The notes beneath the pieces were generated by a model. That model saw nothing but the letters and a program-made list of their open reading frames with translations. It ran no database searches and was not told the DNA's origin. A stretch of 64,000 nucleotides of DNA from Thermoplasmata archaeon. GTDB lineage: Archaea; Thermoplasmatota; Thermoplasmata; Lutacidiplasmatales; UBA184. Below, in pieces: positions 1 through 9,152 of this stretch. The stretch spans positions 2,286 through 66,285 of the forward strand of contig JAKIWQ010000004.1 in NCBI GenBank assembly GCA_022749935.1, in the 5' to 3' direction. Position numbers and translations under genes: made by a program. Position 1 is the stretch's first letter, and each line of letters opens with the position of its first letter.

Positions 1-19
1 GACTCCCCTGCGTGGGTCG

Positions 20-922
20 ATGCGGGTCACCTTCCTTGGGACCGCCGGCTCATGGCCCACCAAGGAGCGCTCGGCGAGTGCGATCGCGCTGGACACCGAG
101 AAGGAGCTCATCCTCCTCGACTGCGGCGAGGGCACCCAACGCCAGTTCTTCCAGTCCTCGGCCTCGTTCATGCGGGTCCGCCGGATCTTCCTCACGCACT
201 TCCACGGCGACCACTTCCTCGGCCTGCCGGGACTCATCCAGAGCATGGGACTCAACAACCGGACCGAGCCGATCGACATCTACGGCCCTCCGGACGCCGA
301 GGAGATGGTCGGGCGGGCGCTCCGAATGGGATACTTCACGCTCCGGTTCCCGGTGACCGTCCATCCCCTCCAAGCGGGCGAGTCCGTCGAGCTGGACGGC
401 TACACGGTGCGCACCGCGAAGGCCGATCACCCGGTGCCCGCACTCTCCTTCCGGGTCGAAGAGGGGCCGAAGCGGGGACGGTTCAACGGAGAGCTGGCGC
501 ACTCGCTCGGCCTCCAGGGCCGTGACTTTGCCCGGTTGGAGGCAGGGGAGTCGGTACGGGTGGGGGAGCGGCTCGTTCAGCCCTCCGAGGTGATGGGTCC
601 TCCGCGCCCGGGACGTTCGGTCGTCTACTCCGGCGATACCGCGCCCTCCGACGAGGTGCGTCGTCTCTCCCATCGCGCGACGCTCCTGATCCACGAGGCG
701 ACGGCGGCGCAGGACCTCGAGGAGGAGGCGAACGCGTGGGGACATTCGTCCGCCCGTCAGGCGGCCGAACTCGCCCTCTCGGCCGAGGTGGGGCTCCTCT
801 ACCTCACCCACTTCTCCTCCCGGTACAAGGAGCTCGAGCCGCTCGAGAACGAAGCGCGCATCGTCTTCCCCGGCTCGCACGCGGCGCGCGACCTCCTCGA
901 CCACCTCATCCACCAGCCATGA
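20..922 (+). CDS. rnz: Ribonuclease Z (tRNA 3-prime processing endonuclease), metallo-beta-lactamase fold
   Basis: N-terminus MRVTFLGTAGSWP. The HFHGDH metal motif and ~300 aa length are typical of RNase Z. Its stop overlaps the start of the next gene (ATGA). Confidence 0.88.
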   Translation: MRVTFLGTAGSWPTKERSASAIALDTEKELILLDCGEGTQRQFFQSSASFMRVRRIFLTHFHGDHFLGLPGLIQSMGLNNRTEPIDIYGPPDAEEMVGRALRMGYFTLRFPVTVHPLQAGESVELDGYTVRTAKADHPVPALSFRVEEGPKRGRFNGELAHSLGLQGRDFARLEAGESVRVGERLVQPSEVMGPPRPGRSVVYSGDTAPSDEVRRLSHRATLLIHEATAAQDLEEEANAWGHSSARQAAELALSAEVGLLYLTHFSSRYKELEPLENEARIVFPGSHAARDLLDHLIHQP

Positions 923-2184
923 TTGTCGCGGACCTCCTGGTCACCGGGATCGCCGAGGCGGCCACGCTCGCACGGGGGCCCATCCCGCGGACCCGTGCCT
1001 CCGCCGGGGAGCTCACCCGCGTACCGAACGCGGCGGTCGCGGTCCGGGACGGCCGCTTCGCTTGGATCGGGCCGGAACGACGGGCCTCGCGTTCCGTGCG
1101 GCTTCGACCGGGAGGAGCCCGGGTCGACGCGGCCGAAGGCACGCTGGTGCCGGGCCTCGTGGACGCCCACAGCCACGTCCTCTTCGCTGGGGACCGGGCC
1201 TTCGAACTCGAACTCAAGGCCCGGGGAATGACCTACCCGGAAATCGCCCGCCGGGGCGGAGGCATCCTTTCGACGGTGCGGGCGACGCGGCGCGCCTCAC
1301 CGGAGCGACTCCTGGAGGAAACGACGGTTCGACTCCGAGCCATGGCGCTCGCCGGGTCGACCTCGGTCGAGGTGAAGACCGGGTACTCCCTCACTCCCCG
1401 CGGAGAGGTCGAGCTCCTCCGTCTCATCCCTCGACTCGCCCAACGCACGGGCCTCCGGCTGGTCCCCACCTTCCTCGGGGCGCATGCGATCCCTCCGGAA
1501 GCCCACGGGAACGGCGATGCGTATGTCGACCGCCTCATCCGTCAGGCGCTTCCCGTCATCGCGCGAGAACGCCTCGCCCGCTTCGTGGACGTGTTCTGCG
1601 AACCGGGGTTCTTCTCGGTGCGCACGTCCGAGCGGCTCCTCCGGGCCGCGATGTCGCTCGGCCTCGGGGTGAAGGTCCATGCCGACGAATTCGTTCGCTC
1701 CGGCGGGGCACGCCTCGCGGCCCGGCTCGGCGCCCGTTCGGCGGAGCATCTCCTCGCGGCGAACACCGACGACATGGTCGCGCTCGCACGCGCCGGAGTC
1801 ACCGCGGTGCTCCTCCCCATCACGGCCTTCGCGTCCACCGCGTCCCGCCGGTCGCCGGCGCGCGAGCTCGTGGACGCCGGAGTGCCGGTGGCGCTCGGGA
1901 CCGATTGCTCTCCGAACTCCTGGGTCGAGTCGATGCCGCTCGCGATCGCCCTCGCGGTCCATGGCGGCCGGCTCTCACCGGCGGAGGCGCTCACCGCGGC
2001 GACCGTGAACGCCGCCCACGCCGTGGGTCTCGAGGACGCGGGGAGGGTCGAGGTCGGACGCCCGGCCGATTTTGCGATTTTCCCGGTCCCCGACGCCGAC
2101 CACCTGGGGTACCGGTTCGACGTGCGTCCGAACGTCGTTTTCCGTCAGGGAAAACCGGTTTCTTCGAGGACACTCCGTCAGTAA
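919..2184 (+). CDS. hutI: Imidazolonepropionase (histidine utilisation), amidohydrolase family
   Basis: Motifs LVPGLVDAHSHV, GGGI, KTGYSL, DVFCE and KVHADE match HutI. I chose the in-frame ATG at 919 rather than the longer ORF starting at 736. Confidence 0.82.
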   Translation: MIVADLLVTGIAEAATLARGPIPRTRASAGELTRVPNAAVAVRDGRFAWIGPERRASRSVRLRPGGARVDAAEGTLVPGLVDAHSHVLFAGDRAFELELKARGMTYPEIARRGGGILSTVRATRRASPERLLEETTVRLRAMALAGSTSVEVKTGYSLTPRGEVELLRLIPRLAQRTGLRLVPTFLGAHAIPPEAHGNGDAYVDRLIRQALPVIARERLARFVDVFCEPGFFSVRTSERLLRAAMSLGLGVKVHADEFVRSGGARLAARLGARSAEHLLAANTDDMVALARAGVTAVLLPITAFASTASRRSPARELVDAGVPVALGTDCSPNSWVESMPLAIALAVHGGRLSPAEALTAATVNAAHAVGLEDAGRVEVGRPADFAIFPVPDADHLGYRFDVRPNVVFRQGKPVSSRTLRQ

Positions 2185-2229
2185 TTCTAAATAGTGGGGC
2201 TCTCCCTCTCGCCGGTCGAGGTCGCCCAC

Positions 2230-2445
2230 ATGGCGGAACGCGTAGGCAAAGAGCAATCCAAGCGAGAGAAGGGATACCTGTACTACCTCGGGAAAGACGG
2301 GTACCTCTGGAAGACACCCACGAAGCTGAACAAGTCGGGAAAGAAGGGTCGCGTCGGTACGGAGAAGATCACCCGGGCCGACGGGTACATGTATTTCCTC
2401 GACAAGAAAGGCTTCATCTCCCGCGCCAAGATGAAGAACGCCTAG
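2230..2445 (+). CDS. Small lysine-rich hypothetical protein with two internal aromatic repeats (GYLYYLGKDGYLWK and DGYMYFLDKKGFISRAK)
   Basis: ORF 2194..2445. A TATA-like tctaaatag sits at 2186-2194, making the ATG at 2230 (MAERVGKEQ...) a likely leaderless start. A hairpin plus T-tract follows the stop. Confidence 0.45.
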   Translation: MAERVGKEQSKREKGYLYYLGKDGYLWKTPTKLNKSGKKGRVGTEKITRADGYMYFLDKKGFISRAKMKNA

Positions 2446-2465
2446 GATAGGCCCCACCCCTTCTG

Positions 2466-2519
2466 GGGCTCTCTCCCTCGGGAGAGGGCCCAATCGACAC
2501 CCCGATTCTTTCTTTCTCG
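2466..2519 (+). terminator. Putative archaeal terminator: near-perfect hairpin (ctctccc/gggagag core) followed by a T-rich tract ttctttctttctc
   Basis: Inverted repeat 2467-2490 directly after the stop at 2445. An oligo-T stretch is rare in this GC-rich context. Confidence 0.4.
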
Positions 2520-2580
2520 CCCGGACGTACCGACCACCGTTCCTTATAGCCGGTACGATTCCTATCGCCGAGAACCTCGT

Positions 2581-2751
2581 ATGGGATGCCGAAACGATCC
2601 GGACGATCCCCGGAAGTGCGAGCGGTGCGGCGCCTTCCTCTGGGTCGCGGAGGAAGGACTCTACTGCGGGGAGTGTGGGTCGATCATGCCGTGCACGATG
2701 CGCGTCCTTCCGCCCCCTCCTGAAGCGGCGCGAGCGGTTCCTCCACCCCGG
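2581..2751 (+). CDS. Small zinc-ribbon protein (56 aa; CERCG...CGECG, i.e. CxxC-x14-CxxC)
   Basis: Not in the ORF track because it is under 60 aa. An ATG sits 30-35 nt downstream of TATA-like ccttatagcc (2541-2550). Four Cys in a zinc-ribbon arrangement. Confidence 0.35.
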
Positions 2752-2787
2752 TAGTGGGGACGCTTCCCCTCGCGGCCGCGGAGGCCC

Positions 2788-3810
2788 TCAGGCTGGGACG
2801 ACGCCCACCGGAACGGGGAGCGGTCCCGACACCGGCCGGTAGTGCCGCCACAACGTGAGGAAGAACAGCCCGACGACCGCGTCCAGCAGCAGGACGATCG
2901 GGAGGAACCATTGGGCGAACAACCCGAAGACGAGGAGAGGGAGGAGGATCCCGACCGCGAGGGAGATCATCTGCGGCTCGTTCGCCGCCCGACCGATCCC
3001 CTGCCAGATCACCAGGAAGAGGAGGGCGGTCAGGGCGAGGTCGACGCCCCCCGCGACGAACGCGGGCAGGTGGAGGTCCCCCAGGAATCCGGGGACGGCC
3101 ACGAGGAGGAGGAAGTACGATAGACCGAGAAGGAAAAAAGTCCGAGGGAGCCGTCGGGGTCCGGGACTCGGCGGGTCGAGCCGCCCGGCGGGCAAACGCC
3201 AGGCCACGACCCACAAGAGACCCGCCGCGACGGCAGCGAGCACCAAGAGGAGGGCGCCGGCGGAGTAGTGAACGGCGTACGCAAGCACCGAGATGTCGAG
3301 CGCGTAGACGGCGACGGTCAGCGACAGTCGGTACCCCGTCAGAAAGGGCCGACCCCGCGTCGCGGGGAGCGCGAGTCCGAGGAGCACGATCGGAAGTCCG
3401 ACGCTGTAGACCATGTGGACACCGAGGACCCCGAGGAGCCAGACCCAGCTGACCCCGTAGGCGTGCCCGTAGGTGCCGAGCCCTCCGACCACCGAGGCCC
3501 TCGGGTTGAACAAGGTCGCGAGGGCCGTTCCCTCCTCGAGGAGTCCGTAGGCGCCGCCGAGGAGGAGGACCGTTGACCAACCTTTGTTCCAACGGACGTG
3601 CGCCTCGCGGACGAGAAGGACGCCGGGTCCGTAGAGGCCGAGGTTGAGGGCGAGGAAGAGGAAGAACCCTCCCGGTGCGAGGACGACCGGCCAGACGGCG
3701 GTCGAGCCCGAGAGGTACTCCGGGATGCCCGGCGTGAACGCGAAGAGCAAGAGCACCGGATGGCGGCGGAAGAATGCGATGACGCGGGGGAGGATCGGGG
3801 AGATCGCCAC
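2788..3810 (-). CDS. Polytopic integral membrane protein, function unknown
   Basis: 340 aa with 8 or more hydrophobic helices and no recognisable catalytic motif. Confidence 0.55.
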   Translation of the reverse strand: MAISPILPRVIAFFRRHPVLLLFAFTPGIPEYLSGSTAVWPVVLAPGGFFLFLALNLGLYGPGVLLVREAHVRWNKGWSTVLLLGGAYGLLEEGTALATLFNPRASVVGGLGTYGHAYGVSWVWLLGVLGVHMVYSVGLPIVLLGLALPATRGRPFLTGYRLSLTVAVYALDISVLAYAVHYSAGALLLVLAAVAAGLLWVVAWRLPAGRLDPPSPGPRRLPRTFFLLGLSYFLLLVAVPGFLGDLHLPAFVAGGVDLALTALLFLVIWQGIGRAANEPQMISLAVGILLPLLVFGLFAQWFLPIVLLLDAVVGLFFLTLWRHYRPVSGPLPVPVGVVPA

Positions 3811-4100
3811 CGTACGTCATCTCGGCCGGCCCGCTACTTAGACCCTCGTCGGCGAACGGGCCCTCCGCCGGGGGGGAATTTCTTCTCGGACCAATTCGTG
3901 AGGTCCGCGTCGGGTCTGGGTGCGGCTCCGGACTTACTCCGGAACGGTCGGGACGGTTCGGCCGACGCATTCCGGTCGTCTTCGCCGACAGTTCCGGCAG
4001 AGTGTCCTTATAGCAGAGCGCGCTTGGACGGACCCGGAGGGTTAAGACAGGTGTCCCGGGCGGCACCCCTCGCGCCTCATCCCATCACCGGCGGAAGTGG

Positions 4101-4123
4101 AACGCTCTCTCTCCGAGAGCGTT
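4101..4123. promoter_or_regulatory. Perfect 9-bp inverted repeat (aacgctctc-tctcc-gagagcgtt) in the nrdJ 5-prime region
   Basis: Read directly in the sequence. It lies about 95 nt upstream of the nrdJ ATG and downstream of TATA-like cttatagc (~4005-4012). Confidence 0.3.
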
Positions 4124-4217
4124 TCACGACCACGAGGTCGAACAGGGATTAGTCTGCGCGCGGTGGGACTGTCGCTTGAGATCGGACACCTCGTTCGACT
4201 CTCCGGAGTGGTCCTCA

Positions 4218-7001
4218 ATGGCCGTATCCAAGAAGCGCCCAACGTCCTCGTCCGACGCATCGGTCCCGCGGCCGGTCAGCCGGATGGGCCGCGAACCGAT
4301 TCCGGTCCCTCGACTCGTCCCCCGCGGCAAGACCGCGTTCGACTCCGTCACCTGGCGCACGCATGACGCTGTGATCAAGAACGCCGAAGGGAAGGTCATC
4401 TTCGAGCAGAAGGGGATCCGAGCTCCGGCGTCGTGGTCCGAAACGAGCGTCAACATCGCCGCGTCGAAGTATTTCCGCATCATCGGCGGCCGGCGCGAGA
4501 GCTCGGTCGACGGGATGATCCGCCGCGTCTGCCACTGGATGGCCGAGCGGGGTCTCGAACTCGGGTACCTCGAGACGAACGAGGAGGTCGCGACCTTCGA
4601 GGAGAGCCTCTCCTACCTCATGGTGCAGCAGATGGCGGCGTTCAACAGCCCCGTCTGGTTCAACGTCGGGGTGCGCGAACCGCCCCAGTGTTCGGCCTGC
4701 TTCATCCAGTCGGTCGCCGACGACATGGACTCGATCCTCGCGCTCGCCACGAGCGAGGGACGCCTCTTCAAGGGAGGGAGCGGCACCGGTTCCAACCTCT
4801 CCGCCCTCCGGGGAAGTCACGAGCGTCTCTCTGGCGGCGGGATCGCCTCCGGACCGGTCTCGTTCATGCGGGCGTTCGACGCGCTCGCCGGCGTCATCAA
4901 ATCCGGCGGGACGACCCGTCGCGCGGCGAAGATGGTCATCCTCAACATGGACCACCCCGACATCGTCGACTTCATCGAGTGCAAGGTCAAGGAGGAGGAG
5001 AAGGCCCTCGCCCTGATCCGCGAGGGGTACTCGTCCAACTTCGACGGCACCGACCCCGACTCCGCGTATGCGTCCATCGCGTACCAGAACGCCAACCACT
5101 CGGTCCGCATCCCGGACTCCTTCATGGAGGCGGTGATCCGGGACGGCGAGTGGAAGACCTCGAACCGGACCGACCACTCGGTGGCGGCGACCTTCCGGGC
5201 CCGCGAACTCTGGCGGAAGCTGGCCTACGCGGCCTGGCGGTGCGGCGACCCCGGCGTGCAGTTCGACGACCACACGAACGACTGGCACACGTCCCCGAAC
5301 TCGGGCCGGATCAACGCCTCCAACCCGTGCAGCGAGTACCTGTTCCTGGACGACACGGCGTGCAATCTCGCGTCCATCAACCTCATGAAATTCCTGGACC
5401 CGAAGGGAACGTTCGACGTGGAACTGTTCCGGCAGTCGGTCCGCACGATGATCCTTGCGATGGAGATCCTCGTGGACGCCTCGAGCTACCCGACCCCCTC
5501 CATCGCCCAGAATTCGCACGACTACCGGCCCCTCGGGCTCGGCTACGCCAACCTCGGTTCGCTCCTCATGCACTACGGGCTCTCGTACGACTCCGAGGCC
5601 GGTCGAACGCTCGCCGCGGCCGTCTCGGCGCTCCTCTCGGCCGAGGGGTACCACATGTCGAGCGAGATCGCCAAACGGGTCGGACCTTTCACCGGATTCG
5701 AGAAGAACCGTGCCCCGATGCTCCGGGTCATGAGCAAGCACGCACGGGCCGCCCAGGAAGTGCCCGTGAACGACCCCCGCCTCACCCCGTTCGTCACGGC
5801 CGCCGCGGACCGGTGGCACGACACGGTCAAGGCCGGAGAGCTCTGGGGCTACCGGAACGCCCAGATCTCGGTCATCGCCCCCACGGGGACGATCGGGTTG
5901 CTCATGGGATGCGACACGCTCGGCCTCGAACCCGAGCTCTCCCTCGTCAAGACGAAGAACCTCGTCGGGGGCGGGGTCATGCGGATGGTCAACCGAACCG
6001 TGCCGGACGGTCTGGCCGCGCTGGGGTACGCCCCCGAGGAGATTCGGGAGATCGCCGCGTACCTCGAGCGGACCGGCACCATCGAAGGGGCGCCGGGGCT
6101 CGAGGCCGACGACCTCGGGGTCTTCGACTGTGCGCTCGCGCCGGCCGGGGGGACCCGGACCATCGCTCCGATGGGGCATCTCAAGATGCTCGGGGCGGTC
6201 CAACCGTTCCTCTCCGGAGGCGCGTCCAAGACGATCAACCTCTCGAGCGATGCCACGGTCGAGGACATCGAGAAGATCTACCTCGAAGCCTGGCGCCTTG
6301 GGATCAAATCGGTCGCCCTCTACCGCGACGGATGCAAGGCCTCCCAGCCGTTCGAGACCGGCCAGGGAAAGGCGGTGGTCGGGGACCCGCGCGGGGCGGC
6401 CCGGGAACGCCTCCCGGACCAGCGCAAGGCCCTCACGCACCACTTCCAGGTCGGCGGCCACGACGGGTACGTGACGGTCGGGCTCTATCCCGACGGACGG
6501 CCCGGCGAAATTTTCGTCCGGGTCACGAAGGAAGGGTCCACCGTCAACGGGCTCATGGATTCGCTCGGGATCTCGATGTCGATGGCGCTCCAGCACGGGG
6601 TCCCGCTCCGTGACCTCGTCCGGAAGCTCGCCCACCTCCGCTTCGAGCCGGCGGGTGCGACCAACAACCCGAAGATCCGGTTCGCGAAATCGATCCCGGA
6701 CTACGTCGCGCGGTGGCTCGCGTTCGAGTTCCTGACCGAGGCCGACCGGCAGGCGATCGGCCTCGAGGCCGCCGCCGAGGGCGGCAACGGGCATGCCGCC
6801 GCGGGCCCGTCCGCGAAGGGATCCCCGAGCCAGACAGTGAAGTTCGAGACGAAACCGCTCGACTCGTTCGTTCCCGGCTCCGGCCCGATGGGCGGGGTCA
6901 GCGAGGACTCTCCGTCCTGCCACATCTGCGGCGGGATCATGGTCCGCTCGGGCACGTGCTACGCGTGCACCGTCTGCGGCGCGACGAGCGGCTGCTCCTA
7001 G
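4218..7001 (+). CDS. nrdJ: Ribonucleoside-diphosphate reductase, class II (adenosylcobalamin-dependent), monomeric type with C-terminal zinc ribbon
   Basis: Active-site and B12 region motifs NPCSEYLFLDDTACNLASINL and KGGSGTGSNLSALRG are present. The C-terminus is CHICGG...CYACTVCG. ~925 aa. The start is uncertain: ATG 4176, 4218 or 4281. Confidence 0.9.
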   Translation: MAVSKKRPTSSSDASVPRPVSRMGREPIPVPRLVPRGKTAFDSVTWRTHDAVIKNAEGKVIFEQKGIRAPASWSETSVNIAASKYFRIIGGRRESSVDGMIRRVCHWMAERGLELGYLETNEEVATFEESLSYLMVQQMAAFNSPVWFNVGVREPPQCSACFIQSVADDMDSILALATSEGRLFKGGSGTGSNLSALRGSHERLSGGGIASGPVSFMRAFDALAGVIKSGGTTRRAAKMVILNMDHPDIVDFIECKVKEEEKALALIREGYSSNFDGTDPDSAYASIAYQNANHSVRIPDSFMEAVIRDGEWKTSNRTDHSVAATFRARELWRKLAYAAWRCGDPGVQFDDHTNDWHTSPNSGRINASNPCSEYLFLDDTACNLASINLMKFLDPKGTFDVELFRQSVRTMILAMEILVDASSYPTPSIAQNSHDYRPLGLGYANLGSLLMHYGLSYDSEAGRTLAAAVSALLSAEGYHMSSEIAKRVGPFTGFEKNRAPMLRVMSKHARAAQEVPVNDPRLTPFVTAAADRWHDTVKAGELWGYRNAQISVIAPTGTIGLLMGCDTLGLEPELSLVKTKNLVGGGVMRMVNRTVPDGLAALGYAPEEIREIAAYLERTGTIEGAPGLEADDLGVFDCALAPAGGTRTIAPMGHLKMLGAVQPFLSGGASKTINLSSDATVEDIEKIYLEAWRLGIKSVALYRDGCKASQPFETGQGKAVVGDPRGAARERLPDQRKALTHHFQVGGHDGYVTVGLYPDGRPGEIFVRVTKEGSTVNGLMDSLGISMSMALQHGVPLRDLVRKLAHLRFEPAGATNNPKIRFAKSIPDYVARWLAFEFLTEADRQAIGLEAAAEGGNGHAAAGPSAKGSPSQTVKFETKPLDSFVPGSGPMGGVSEDSPSCHICGGIMVRSGTCYACTVCGATSGCS

Positions 7002-7008
7002 AACGGGT

Positions 7009-8610
7009 TCAGTCGGCGCCCCGGGACGTAGCCGAGACCGGCGCCGGTTCCCCGCGCTTCTCCACCGAGGGCGCACCGCTCGCCTCGCCGGTGCGGGTCC
7101 CGTCGGCGTGGAACCGATAGTTCCGGAGGGCGAGCGAGACGACCGCCCCGAGGATCCCGATGCTCGCGGTGAGGGCGAAGACGAACTCGTAGCCCGCGAG
7201 ATGGTAGTTCGTGAAGGCGACGACCGCCGGCGGCGGGTTCGGGTTGGGCACGAGGAACGAGTACCCGTACTCGGCGAGGATGGACGTGACGAGGACGGGG
7301 CCGAGCGCCGACCCCAGGTTCCGGAACGTCTGGTTCATGCCGGTGTGTACGCCGACCGCCCGTCGGTCCACCGAGAGGACGATGATGTTGGACATGGAGA
7401 TGAGCACCCCCACGTTCCCGACCATCATCGGCACGGCCAGGACCGCGACCTCGTACGTCGTCCGGTTGAACGCGAGCAGCCCGAGGGAGCCGAAGGTGAT
7501 CAGCAGGAAGCCGAGGACCATCACGGGCTTCGGGCCATACCGGCTGATCATCCGCCCGAGGAGGGGACCGAACGCCATCATCCCGATGACGGCCGGTACG
7601 AGCACGAGGCCCGCGTTCAGTTCCTTGAGGCCGAACCCGGGCGCGGGGTACTCGCCGAGGATGATGAGGATGGTGAAGAGGAGGAACATCGCCATCCCGA
7701 CCATCACCCCGTTCAGGTTGGAGACCCAGATGTTCCGCTGACGGAGCTCCTGGAACGAGACGACCGGACTCGGGGCCCGGGGCTCCCACCACAGGAAGAC
7801 GATGAACGAGGCCGCCGCGATCAGAAAGAACTCGGGGACGCCCCACGTGACCCCGCCGACCGAGCCGCCGGTGAAGTTCGTCCAGCCCCAGTACGCTCCC
7901 TCCGTGATCCCGAGCATCGCGAACGTGAGTCCGATCCCGAGGCTCGTGACCCCGACGAAGTCGATTCTGCGGGTCGCACGGACCGTCGACTCCCGCAGGA
8001 GGACGGCGGCGAGCACGAAGACGACCAGGGCGAGCGGGATGACCGTGTGATAGGTCAGCTGCCACCCGTAGGTCTGAGCGATCCAACCCCCTCCGACCAG
8101 TCCGAGGGCCGCCCCGCCCGCGAACATTCCCGAGAGGACCCCTTGCGCCTGACCGACCTGGGCGGGCGGGAACACCTCCGGCAACATCGCGAACCCGAGA
8201 GGGAACATCGCCATCCCGACCCCCTGGAGCGCCCGGACCGCGATGAGGAGGTAGATCTGGTTCGGACGGGTGACGCCGATGAGGTCCCCGATATTGGGCG
8301 TGAATCCGGCGATGCTGACCGCGACGGCGTAGACGCCCATCGCGACCAGGAGCATCTTCTTCTTGCCGTAGATGTCCCCGAGCTTGCCGAAGATCGGGGT
8401 GACGACGACCCCGACGAGCAGGTAGGCCGAGAGGATCCAGGCGATCGTGCTGGCGTCCCGGACCTGGAAGAACGTCTCGAAGTTGCTGAAGGCGGGGAGG
8501 ACCATCGTCTCGACGTAGGTCACCATGAGCGCCATGGCCGCGAGGATGCCGAGGACCACTCGGCTGTACCGCCGGTCGAACACGGGCGGGGGCGACGGGG
8601 AGGCGCTCAC
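7009..8610 (-). CDS. MFS transporter, DHA2/EmrB-QacA-like drug:H+ antiporter (14 TMS)
   Basis: ~14 hydrophobic segments. MFS motif region GKLGDIYGKKKMLL. The GTG start (VSASPSPPP) overlaps the MarR stop as GTGA. Confidence 0.82.
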   Translation of the reverse strand: MSASPSPPPVFDRRYSRVVLGILAAMALMVTYVETMVLPAFSNFETFFQVRDASTIAWILSAYLLVGVVVTPIFGKLGDIYGKKKMLLVAMGVYAVAVSIAGFTPNIGDLIGVTRPNQIYLLIAVRALQGVGMAMFPLGFAMLPEVFPPAQVGQAQGVLSGMFAGGAALGLVGGGWIAQTYGWQLTYHTVIPLALVVFVLAAVLLRESTVRATRRIDFVGVTSLGIGLTFAMLGITEGAYWGWTNFTGGSVGGVTWGVPEFFLIAAASFIVFLWWEPRAPSPVVSFQELRQRNIWVSNLNGVMVGMAMFLLFTILIILGEYPAPGFGLKELNAGLVLVPAVIGMMAFGPLLGRMISRYGPKPVMVLGFLLITFGSLGLLAFNRTTYEVAVLAVPMMVGNVGVLISMSNIIVLSVDRRAVGVHTGMNQTFRNLGSALGPVLVTSILAEYGYSFLVPNPNPPPAVVAFTNYHLAGYEFVFALTASIGILGAVVSLALRNYRFHADGTRTGEASGAPSVEKRGEPAPVSATSRGAD

Positions 8611-9098
8611 GAGTCCTCCGCCGGCGGATCTATCTGAGGACGGTCGAGACGCTGGCGGATCTCGCGGAACACGCGGGTGGCGGTCGCGACGTCCTCCCGG
8701 GAGAGGTCCGCCGTCGCACCTTCCATCACGTGCCCGATCGCCCGCCACAGCCGGGCTTCCGCGCGCCGGCCCGCCGGCGTGAGCGTGAGCTCGACCGCGC
8801 GTCGATCCTGCTCGGAGCGGTGCCGGGCGACCAGCCCATCCCGGACGAGGAGGTCGATGTTCACACAGACGGTCGGAGGAGCGACCGAGAGATGACGCGC
8901 GACCGAGGTCAGCGAGGTCCGGCCGAGGCTCGAGACGAGGTGGAGCGCCCAGAACTGGCCCATCGTGATCCCCACGTCCTCGAGGGTCGGCTGGAGTTCC
9001 CGCAGGACCGACCGCATCACCTCATGGACCGACCCGACGAGGTCGTCGGGTCCGCTGGTCGAAACCGCCTCGCGCGCAACCCGACTTGCCACCGACAT
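8607..9098 (-). CDS. MarR-family transcriptional regulator
   Basis: 163 aa winged-helix. The region LTMGQFWALHLV...SLTSVARHLSVAPPTVCVNIDLLVRDGLV is typical of MarR. It is co-directional and overlapping with the MFS pump. Confidence 0.85.
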   Translation of the reverse strand: MSVASRVAREAVSTSGPDDLVGSVHEVMRSVLRELQPTLEDVGITMGQFWALHLVSSLGRTSLTSVARHLSVAPPTVCVNIDLLVRDGLVARHRSEQDRRAVELTLTPAGRRAEARLWRAIGHVMEGATADLSREDVATATRVFREIRQRLDRPQIDPPAEDS

Positions 9099-9103
9099 GG
9101 GAC

Positions 9104-9132
9104 CTTAATTATTCTGGACCAGAATAATTAAG
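9104..9132. promoter_or_regulatory. Perfect 14-bp inverted repeat with 1-bp centre (CTTAATTATTCTGG A CCAGAATAATTAAG) abutting the marR start; putative MarR operator/promoter
   Basis: Seen directly. It is the only strongly AT-rich palindrome in the vicinity, 6 nt upstream of the marR ATG (9098), and is followed by aaatataa. Confidence 0.6.
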
Positions 9133-9152
9133 AAATATAAGCATTGGGGCCG

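Noticed and set aside
1062-2450. A 462-aa ORF in an alternative frame over hutI and other overlapping alternative-frame ORFs, for example 10890-11426 and 12375-13226
   Set aside because: They overlap well-supported genes in other frames and encode low-complexity Arg/Pro-rich sequences.
3811-4217. Cobalamin riboswitch upstream of the B12-dependent RNR
   Set aside because: I could not find the conserved B12-box or the typical paired elements by eye. B12 riboswitches are not expected on nrdJ itself and are rare in archaea. The region is retained only as a structured-leader observation.
4215-7076. A 953-aa ORF antisense to nrdJ. Similar very long ORFs lie antisense to the cox operon (21982-24516), PolD (26122-29367), the STAND gene (16250-18430), radA/purC (45995-47983), GH15 (60069-61979) and the surface protein (58563-59750).
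   Set aside because: Their products are Arg/Gly/Pro/Asp-rich low-complexity sequences with no motifs. They exist because stop codons are rare in ~70% GC DNA. The opposite strand encodes proteins with unmistakable conserved motifs.
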